Shown: one piece after another, positions 38,216 to 45,264 of the stretch
Layout of the letters: the number at the start of each line of letters is the position of its first letter
How positions within the stretch are numbered: position 1 is the first letter of the stretch
Assembly: GCA_048938005.1 (NCBI GenBank)
Contig: JBHLMQ010000022.1
Coordinates: 1-45,264, forward strand
DNA from: Promethearchaeota archaeon
GTDB taxonomy: Archaea > Asgardarchaeota > Lokiarchaeia > Sigyniarchaeales > SOKP01
Length of the DNA: 45,264 nt
Direction: 5' to 3'
Program-made: the position numbers and the translations under genes
The notes under the pieces: model-generated
Seen by the model: the letters and a program-made list of their open reading frames with translations, nothing else
The model's database searches: none
What the model was told of the DNA's origin: nothing

Positions 38216-38722
38216 TTGAATTTTCAAACTGAAAGAAAATCTAGAGAGAAATTTCCATTAATAGGAGTCGGCCCTAAAATATTAATAACTATTTGTCCAT
38301 TTTTTGTTTTATTTGGAGTATTAAATTCAACATTTTATCCAATCTTTCAAATTCCGATAAACTATTATCTGATGATTATTATTGGATCTATATTAACAAT
38401 ATTTGGTATTTTAATGTTTATTTATTCTGAGAGAATTCTAAGTTCTGCTCATAAATCTTCAGAATTAATCACTACAAAAATCTATGCATATATTAGGCAT
38501 CCAATGTACGCTTCTTGGGGTTTAGGAACACTTCCCGGTATTTTTTGTCTGTTTAACAGTTGGATTCTCTTTTTTATACTCATTATATACTATTTATCAG
38601 TTAGAGTTTTTATTAGAAAAGAAGAAAAACATTTACTCGAAAAATACGGTAAAAAATATGCTCATTATAAAAAAAATGTGAATGCATTCATTCCGAAATT
38701 CAAAAAGTATAAACCAGAATAA
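38216..38722 (+). CDS. Isoprenylcysteine carboxyl methyltransferase/PEMT-family membrane methyltransferase
   Basis: YAYIRHPMY and EEKHLLEKYG..Y..Y...V. TTG start. Confidence 0.85.
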   Translation: MNFQTERKSREKFPLIGVGPKILITICPFFVLFGVLNSTFYPIFQIPINYYLMIIIGSILTIFGILMFIYSERILSSAHKSSELITTKIYAYIRHPMYASWGLGTLPGIFCLFNSWILFFILIIYYLSVRVFIRKEEKHLLEKYGKKYAHYKKNVNAFIPKFKKYKPE

Positions 38723-38740
38723 AACTAATATATACTTAAC

Positions 38741-40180
38741 ATGGATATCAAATTAAAATATGCAATTTTCACACTCGGAGTAATTTTATTCCAGTCAGCT
38801 TTAAAATTATTTGGAGTTTTAATTACAGGTAGTTTGAGTTTTTTATCTGAAACCGCAGATACTCTTACAGATATTCTATTTGTCTCTATTACTTTATATT
38901 CATTATATCATAGTCAGAAACCCGCTGATTATGAACATATGTATGGTCATAGTAAAATCGATTCTATTTCAGGTTTAGTACAAGGGATTATTTTAATGAA
39001 TATCTATGTTGTACTAATTTATAATGCGATCCAAACAATAATGTCCAGTAGATTTGAAGTTATAAATCCTGAAATTGGCTTATTAATATTAATTTCTTCT
39101 TTTCTTGTTAATTTATTTTTCTCAAGAATACTCATTTCGAAAGGAAAGCAAGAAAAAAGTCTAACAATGGAAATCCAGGGCCTAAACTTGTTTCAAGATT
39201 CTATGAGAGCTATTATAGTTTTATTAAGTTTTATCTTTGCTTATTTTGGGATAATTTTTATCGATCCTATACTGAGTATTGTCCTTTCTGTTTGGATTAT
39301 AATTGGAGCTTTTAGATTGGCTAAAAAAGGAATAAAAGAACTAACAGATACGAATCCCATAAGTTTAGTTATTATAGAAGAACTAAGACAAAAGATTTTT
39401 CTATTAGAGCATGTTGTTGGTGTGCACAACATAAAAATACGAACAAGTGGTAAGACATTATTTTTAGAAGTTCAATTATTTGTTGAGGATCATATTTCCA
39501 TTGTACATGCTAATGAAATAATCAAGTCCATAAGAAGCATGAGTGAGAAGAAGTTTCCACTATATGAGGTGGAGTGTATTGTTGAAATGAATCCTATGGC
39601 CAGTGAAAAATCAATTGGTGATGGATTAGTAAATCTAATTTTTTCCATGAAATCTGATTACCCAAAGATTTCTAGTTTTAAAGATCTTAATGTTTTCAGT
39701 TTTGAGGATGAATATTTCATCTCTTTAGTTGTAACGGTTGATGAGAGCCTTTCCCTTGCAGAAGCCCATAATATATGCTCTCATTTTGAAGATGAAATAA
39801 AAAAACAAGCTTCTCTTATATCAAGAGTTATTACGCACATAGAAAGCCAACCTTATAGCGAAATTATGATTCCAGACCGAATCAAATGTGCAGACGTAGG
39901 ACCAGAGATGATACAGCAAATAAGTGAGGAAGTAGAAGAGGTGTTAAGATCTCATCCTCAAGTTAAAGGATATCATGGATTAGAATTTTGGGCTACGTTA
40001 GATTATTGCATTTTGGAACTACATGTATTTTTTGATGGTTCATTAAATATTTCTCAGATTCATGATTATATCACAGAATTGGAAACCAAGATTAGAGACA
40101 AATTGGGAATTGATAACTTGGATACGATTTTTCTTCATTCTGAACCAATTGAAGATCAAAAGGAAGGAGTTATATTCTAA
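38741..40180 (+). CDS. Cation diffusion facilitator (CDF) transporter with three C-terminal cytoplasmic domains
   Basis: ITGSLS, PADYEHMYGHSK, IDP, then three ZT_dimer-like repeats (SIVHANEI; SLAEAHNI...HIE; NISQIHD...HSEP). Confidence 0.9.
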   Translation: MDIKLKYAIFTLGVILFQSALKLFGVLITGSLSFLSETADTLTDILFVSITLYSLYHSQKPADYEHMYGHSKIDSISGLVQGIILMNIYVVLIYNAIQTIMSSRFEVINPEIGLLILISSFLVNLFFSRILISKGKQEKSLTMEIQGLNLFQDSMRAIIVLLSFIFAYFGIIFIDPILSIVLSVWIIIGAFRLAKKGIKELTDTNPISLVIIEELRQKIFLLEHVVGVHNIKIRTSGKTLFLEVQLFVEDHISIVHANEIIKSIRSMSEKKFPLYEVECIVEMNPMASEKSIGDGLVNLIFSMKSDYPKISSFKDLNVFSFEDEYFISLVVTVDESLSLAEAHNICSHFEDEIKKQASLISRVITHIESQPYSEIMIPDRIKCADVGPEMIQQISEEVEEVLRSHPQVKGYHGLEFWATLDYCILELHVFFDGSLNISQIHDYITELETKIRDKLGIDNLDTIFLHSEPIEDQKEGVIF

Positions 40181-41316
40181 AATGGAAAGTCATATTTATC
40201 CAAACTTAGCTCTTTTTGCATAGTTTTAATATCTTTTTGCAAGCTTTTATTTAATGGAATCCCAGTTTTTCTTCTTTCTACTTCATTATAATGCTCTTTT
40301 TCCCCCGCTGTATAAATTCTTTCTTTCCCTGGAACTTTCTTGGAATTTCTCAATTCTCGCATGATATTACCAGTTATTTCTTTAAATCTATCTATTGGAA
40401 TGAAATTTTGAATATTAATAGCTAAAAAGAAATGTCCAACTTTTAGTCGTTTTTGACCATTTTCATTTATTCCTGCTGTATCCCTAAGATATATTCCATC
40501 TTGTAATGCTGAAGATAAGATTTCAGCAAAAGTAGCATATCCATACCCTTTATAGCCTGAAGTATGTTCACCTTTACCTCCTAAAGGTAATAATGCAGCA
40601 GAACGATTAATTAATTTGTTTAAGATTACACCTGGATCTGTTTTTGAATTTCCATTATCGGAAATAATTAATCCATTTGGGAGCGGCTTATGCAATCTAT
40701 TAAACACTTCTACTTTTCCTCTTTGAATAATTGATGTAGCACAATCTAATAAAAATGGAAAACTCTCATCAGTAGGTGCTCCATAAGTTAAAGGATTTGT
40801 CCCTAACATAGGTTCTATACCAAAAGTAGGTGGAACAGTCGGTCGAGTATTGGTAGTAACAAAACCTATCATACCTTCTTTGATAGCCATTAGTGAATAA
40901 TAGCCGGCAATTCCAAAATGTGTTGAATTTCTTACAGCAACAGCTCCAAGACCGTATTTCTTAGCTTTTTCAATTGCTAATTTCATTGCTTTATAGGCAA
41001 TTACATGACCCATACCACATTTTCCATCAATAGTAGCAGTAGCCATATTATCATTTACAATTTCAATCTCTGTTTTTGGGTTATAAATTCCCTCTCTTAT
41101 TCGATCATAATACATCTTACATCTCTGGATTCCATGTGAATCAATCCCTCGTAAATCTGATGTAATGAGTACATCTGCGATGATTTCAGCATCTTCCTCA
41201 GGTACTCCGAGTCTTATAAAAACATCTTTCATGAAATTCTCTAAAGTTAGCGCATTTATTTTAATGAGATCGTCTGATATCGAAACAGTTGTATCTTCAA
41301 TAACTTTTTCTATCAT
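40177..41316 (-). CDS. Ldh_2-family (type 2 malate/L-lactate) oxidoreductase
   Basis: DLRGIDSHG, RNSTHFG, GTNP, LDCATS, YKGYG and GHFFLAI. Confidence 0.92.
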   Translation of the reverse strand: MIEKVIEDTTVSISDDLIKINALTLENFMKDVFIRLGVPEEDAEIIADVLITSDLRGIDSHGIQRCKMYYDRIREGIYNPKTEIEIVNDNMATATIDGKCGMGHVIAYKAMKLAIEKAKKYGLGAVAVRNSTHFGIAGYYSLMAIKEGMIGFVTTNTRPTVPPTFGIEPMLGTNPLTYGAPTDESFPFLLDCATSIIQRGKVEVFNRLHKPLPNGLIISDNGNSKTDPGVILNKLINRSAALLPLGGKGEHTSGYKGYGYATFAEILSSALQDGIYLRDTAGINENGQKRLKVGHFFLAINIQNFIPIDRFKEITGNIMRELRNSKKVPGKERIYTAGEKEHYNEVERRKTGIPLNKSLQKDIKTMQKELSLDKYDFPF

Positions 41317-41535
41317 AATTAAGCTTAAGAAAGAATTGTGATAGAATTTATTTAGTATACTTTCTATTTAATTAAAACCCTATTTAATATAAGGTGAAAG
41401 TTAGTGATAAGTCCTTTCTCTTTAATAAATTTCTTTATATTTTTTATTAATAAGAGTTTTTAAAAAAAAAAATTAGACTCTTTTTTATGATTTATTTATC
41501 TTTTCGTCTAGTAAACTCATTTTAAATCATTCTAA

Positions 41536-42174
41536 TTATTCTTCTTGACTTACTTCTAAGGATTTTTTTATAAATTTTTGATAGTTCTCTTTGAAATCAT
41601 CTATAGATTCAATTAATTCTTTAAAAATCTTAAGCCATTTTATTTCAGCTTCAGCATGAACTTTCCAATGCTTTAATGGTAAAATATTAAATGGACTAAA
41701 TTTATATGAAAAATGAGAAGTTACTATTTTCTCCCCCTCATCAGTATGTTTGAAAATTGTTCTAATTTTCTCGATTTGTTTATTTATTGAATCTAATATA
41801 AATTCTTTTCCTACAATTGAGCCAAAAAGCGTGATAAAAGGCATAGTTGAATCAATATCATAGTAAATATCTTGGATCTCGGTTAAAAAGTGTTTTATCT
41901 GTTCTTGAAATTCTTTTCTGCCTTTATTCGTCAATCTATATATTGTCTTTTCAGGACGATTACCTTCTTGTTTAGTACCGCCTTCTTTAATAAAGCCTTC
42001 CCCCTCTAACTGCTTTAATGTATAATAAAATGAAGCATTTGTAGCATTAATATAATGATCATAATGCCATTCATTTGCCAAAGTAATGAGCTCATATCCG
42101 CTCATAGGTTTAGTAATTTGATTCATTACACCTAAAATAAACGCTTTTAATGAGGTAAATCTTTTTCTTGGCAT
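41536..42174 (-). CDS. PadR-family transcriptional regulator
   Basis: ILG....PMSGYEL, SFYYTLKQLE.EG.I, RPEKTIYRLT.KG and C-terminal AEIKWL. Confidence 0.9.
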   Translation of the reverse strand: MPRKRFTSLKAFILGVMNQITKPMSGYELITLANEWHYDHYINATNASFYYTLKQLEGEGFIKEGGTKQEGNRPEKTIYRLTNKGRKEFQEQIKHFLTEIQDIYYDIDSTMPFITLFGSIVGKEFILDSINKQIEKIRTIFKHTDEGEKIVTSHFSYKFSPFNILPLKHWKVHAEAEIKWLKIFKELIESIDDFKENYQKFIKKSLEVSQEE

Positions 42175-42313
42175 AGATTCTCTTCAAATCCTCTTGCTCA
42201 TACGTATTTTTGATTATTTATTATAGTTAAATTTAAATGATTAAGTTTAAATATTCAAATTTAATTATATATAGTAACAATAGATATTTAAAATTTTTGG
42301 TCTTGTTTGAAAA

Positions 42314-42850
42314 ATGATAAAAAATAAAGAAATAATTGTAAAAAATAATCAAAAATTTAGTTTAGGAAAAATTATTTTTACCGCGATATTCACAATAGCT
42401 TTTCTCATTCAAATTTTTATGATGTTAACTATTTATAACATGTTGGGTATTACATTTTTGGTGTATATCGGATGGATAGTTTGGTTATTCAGCCTTTATT
42501 TTGGATTAATTTCTTTTCGAACTTTCAAGAAACGAGGGGGTGTTGAAAAAGGAAAAAGTTATGTATACACTACCAAATTAGTAAAAGATGGTCCATATGC
42601 AATAATTCGCCATCCTCAATATTTAGGAGGAATTTTATTTACCACTAGCATTACCTTATGGACCCAAGTTTGGTTAAGCTTAGTTCTTACTATCGCTATC
42701 ATAATTTTAACATATCAATGGACTTACTCTGAGGATAAAAACCTACTCAAAAAGTTCGGGGAAGATTATAAGAGATATAAAGAAAAAGTACCTCGCCTCA
42801 ATCCAATATTGGGTGTAATTAAATATTTTTCTCAAAATAAGGATGGCTGA
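42314..42850 (+). CDS. Second ICMT/PEMT-family membrane methyltransferase
   Basis: LVKDGPYAIIRHPQYLG and EDKNLLKKFGEDY..Y..KVPR. Confidence 0.85.
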   Translation: MIKNKEIIVKNNQKFSLGKIIFTAIFTIAFLIQIFMMLTIYNMLGITFLVYIGWIVWLFSLYFGLISFRTFKKRGGVEKGKSYVYTTKLVKDGPYAIIRHPQYLGGILFTTSITLWTQVWLSLVLTIAIIILTYQWTYSEDKNLLKKFGEDYKRYKEKVPRLNPILGVIKYFSQNKDG

Positions 42851-42974
42851 TATAAAAAACTTCACCAAATATCTTGTGGTGGATCTTCACTTTAAATATA
42901 ATATTTTTTAAAGAGATTTTTTAACATAATCTTTGTTTGAATCGATTAATCTTAAAAGTAAAAACAGATAGGCT

Positions 42975-44174
42975 CTATCTTAAATGCTTCTCGAATACTA
43001 CATGTTTTCTAATAGGCGTACAATGTGGGAATATTGAATTTACGGCACTACCGTTATTGACTCCTTTAGAGTTTCTTGTCCAAATGGCCGTCCCTTCGAA
43101 ATAAGTTGTTCCTTTCATGGTTCTATTGGTAGCTTGCCCAAAATTGTTTAAAGAAGAGAAAACACCTTTTCCGTTAAATCCTTTTCTTATCATTGCTGTA
43201 TGTACATTTATACGTGAAACATACTCATCTCTCCAATATTGGTAATAATCTAAAACACCAATAAGCATACCTATAAGTTTACCGGTTTTCTTCTCAAGGA
43301 CCATAGGAAATATCGTTACCATGTCTTCAAGATCAGCTTGCTTCCAAGCTTCAATAAATTCAGGGATATTAGCATATTTATTATAAAGATCAGGATACTC
43401 ATGATATCCAAAATGAGATTTTGGGATGTTAGTAGCTAATCTGATAAGCTCTTTGACATTTTCACGCCCACCACCTGACGTATCAGGAAGAAGCGTACTA
43501 AATGAATCCCGCGCAAGATCGATAATATCATCTAATTTCTCAAGTAGCTCTTTCAAACTAAGACAGCATAATTTCAAATTTTTATCTAATGCATTTCCTT
43601 TTTTCCAAGATTCTACATCTACACTCATACATGTATAGTCCGACTCAGCTTCATAATTCAGATTTAAAATATACTGATATAACTTCTTATTTGGATTAGC
43701 ATTTGCAACTCCATATAACATTTTCTCTTGGAAACCTTCAGTTTGTAACCCAAATCCCATCTGGTTTTTAGGAAAATTTATAGGTCCACGAATTCTTCTC
43801 AATTTATTTTCTCTTACAAATAATTCACATTGTTTAAGCAATTTTTTACAAACGTTAAAGGTTGCAGCATATAACCATCCAAAAGTCCCACATTTTCTTC
43901 CATAACTTTTGTATTCGGGATTGAGATCTGATACTACATATCCACAAGGCTCTCCATTGGAATATGCTATAAATACTTTTATTTTATATTCAGGAATAAA
44001 AAATTTAGAATTCAAATATTCTAAGTGATGCTCTATAATCTTTGGCTTTACATAAACATCTGAGAGATGGAGTATTGTTTCTAGAGCTTCTCTAATTTCT
44101 TTAATGTCAACAGTATCATGAATCCTTATTGAATCAAAGTCCAATCTTTCTACCTTTTGTATAACTTGTTCCAT
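42975..44174 (-). CDS. YghO-like GNAT-fold hypothetical protein
   Basis: GTFGW, IRGPINF, GLQTEGF and C-terminal GKGV suggest two GNAT-like lobes. Confidence 0.6.
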   Translation of the reverse strand: MEQVIQKVERLDFDSIRIHDTVDIKEIREALETILHLSDVYVKPKIIEHHLEYLNSKFFIPEYKIKVFIAYSNGEPCGYVVSDLNPEYKSYGRKCGTFGWLYAATFNVCKKLLKQCELFVRENKLRRIRGPINFPKNQMGFGLQTEGFQEKMLYGVANANPNKKLYQYILNLNYEAESDYTCMSVDVESWKKGNALDKNLKLCCLSLKELLEKLDDIIDLARDSFSTLLPDTSGGGRENVKELIRLATNIPKSHFGYHEYPDLYNKYANIPEFIEAWKQADLEDMVTIFPMVLEKKTGKLIGMLIGVLDYYQYWRDEYVSRINVHTAMIRKGFNGKGVFSSLNNFGQATNRTMKGTTYFEGTAIWTRNSKGVNNGSAVNSIFPHCTPIRKHVVFEKHLR

Positions 44175-44245
44175 TTTAACTCCACTTTGAATTTTTGATA
44201 TGACTAATCTTCTAAGTGTATTTAAAGAAAAAATAAGAAATTTTT

Positions 44246-44258
44246 AAAAAAAAAAAAA
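44246..44258 (-). terminator. Oligo-T (T13) terminator candidate
   Basis: An A13 run on the + strand lies 7 nt past the stop of the radical SAM gene. Confidence 0.4.
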
Positions 44259-44265
44259 GACTTTT

Positions 44266-45264
44266 TTAATTCGTTTGTATCATCATCGGCTCTACTTGGT
44301 TATTTAACCGTCTCTGATACTTATCTATCTGCTCCTTAGAAGGTCTTAGATATTTCTTCCATGAAGGAAAAAGTTGTTCTGACATTGCTCGATATTGTTT
44401 AATCTGTCTTTTAAATGCTCTTCGTTGGTTAGGAACGTTAGATAATAATTCCATTAAGCTTAACACCTGTGGACCTCGTTCTTTCTCCATATATTCATAT
44501 ATCTCATAGGTAAGAGGAAGCATATCCTCAAATCCAGGTTTAAAGTGTGGATGAGTAAATGGCTGAAATCCTTCAACATAGTAAAAATCGTACGGAATAT
44601 CCAATAATCTTTCATCTCTCTCATACTCATACCATAAAGGCGTCTGGGGTAACACCTTAAGATTATGAAAAGTAATTGCATAGACATCTAAATCAACTAC
44701 TTGACGAATTTCTTTCCATATCGATTCACGAGTCTGGTGATCGAATCCTATAATAAAAGTACAGTATACTCCAATCCCGTAATCAGTCAGCTTTTTCATA
44801 ATTTGTTTTGTTTCCCGATGTTTTGCGTTCTTTGCATAATCTTGAGAAAAGCTTTCAATACCGATATTAAGCCCCATAAACCTTAGTGATGATTTTGAAA
44901 CTCGATCGAGATCAAAATTTCTGATTGATGCTAGTGAGGTTGGTATAATAATAGGATAATCTTCAGGCTCTTCATTAAATAGATCGAATAATTCATACCA
45001 CCATTTCTTATTGACAATCCCTTGAGGCTCGCAAAACATTATCGAAAAATCTTTCTTTATATTCCTTCTATATTCCACTAACTTGTCGTGTACTTGCTGA
45101 GGTGTAAATAATGATCCGGTAAAATGGTTATCAAATAACTGCCGAGTAATACAAAAATCGCAATTATTTACACATCCAAGTTTTGTAACTAACTGTGCTA
45201 AATCTGATTTTAGTTCGATACCATTCACAGAAATAATGCTCTTGGCAGGAATAATTTCCAAATT
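44266..45264 (-). CDS. Partial (5' end outside window) radical SAM protein, probably B12-binding class
   Basis: KLGCVNNCDFC, IGIES, FIIGFD and PQTPLW. The frame is open to the window edge. Confidence 0.85.
   Translation of the reverse strand, partial: NLEIIPAKSIISVNGIELKSDLAQLVTKLGCVNNCDFCITRQLFDNHFTGSLFTPQQVHDKLVEYRRNIKKDFSIMFCEPQGIVNKKWWYELFDLFNEEPEDYPIIIPTSLASIRNFDLDRVSKSSLRFMGLNIGIESFSQDYAKNAKHRETKQIMKKLTDYGIGVYCTFIIGFDHQTRESIWKEIRQVVDLDVYAITFHNLKVLPQTPLWYEYERDERLLDIPYDFYYVEGFQPFTHPHFKPGFEDMLPLTYEIYEYMEKERGPQVLSLMELLSNVPNQRRAFKRQIKQYRAMSEQLFPSWKKYLRPSKEQIDKYQRRLNNQVEPMMIQTN

Noticed and set aside
25583-42850. A eukaryote-like CAAX processing pathway (CPBP domain plus two ICMT-like genes)
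   Set aside because: Both families are widespread in prokaryotes, the genes are unlinked, the CPBP domain lacks catalytic residues, and I saw no prenyltransferase or CaaX-ending protein.
42861-42883. Hairpin TTCACCA-N9-TGGTGGA between convergent genes
   Set aside because: It is a short stem with a G.U pair, too weak to call as a terminator or ncRNA.
1798-44886. Short ORFs overlapping longer genes, antisense or out of frame (e.g. 1798..2133, 3972..4166, 4559..4744, 7007..7294, 10043..10306, 17305..17577, 26623..27024, 37423..37707, 44460..44687)
   Set aside because: They lie within or largely overlap motif-bearing genes and show no motifs of their own, so they are shadow ORFs.

Overview
This is a very AT-rich, gene-dense archaeal window, most likely from Asgard archaea (Lokiarchaeia-like). 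The assignment rests on an ESCRT cluster (ESCRT-III Vps2/24/46-like, Vps4, Vps25, Vps22/36), two longin-like-domain proteins, NIP7/NOP2 ribosome-biogenesis genes and an intron-containing tRNA with no encoded CCA. It holds about 37 CDSs (two truncated at the window edges) and one tRNA-Gly(GCC) interrupted by two introns. I saw no CRISPR array, rRNA, transposase or integrase. The most unusual items are: (1) a SufS-like PLP enzyme that looks like a single-chain pseudo-dimer, coupled to a radical SAM/SPASM gene; (2) a divergent ABC-exporter pair in which the ATPase is fused through a TM helix to an extracellular beta-helix and the permease is fused to an apparently inactive CAAX-protease (CPBP) domain; (3) a winged-helix regulator plus 7TM-longin cassette flanked by a repeated 18-bp motif, whose winged-helix module recurs in a second longin protein; (4) a MIM1-like motif in the Vps25 N-terminal extension; (5) the double-intron tRNA; (6) an orphan hydrogenase small subunit with a duplicated Fe-S domain. 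All family calls come from reading motifs by eye. No database searches were run.
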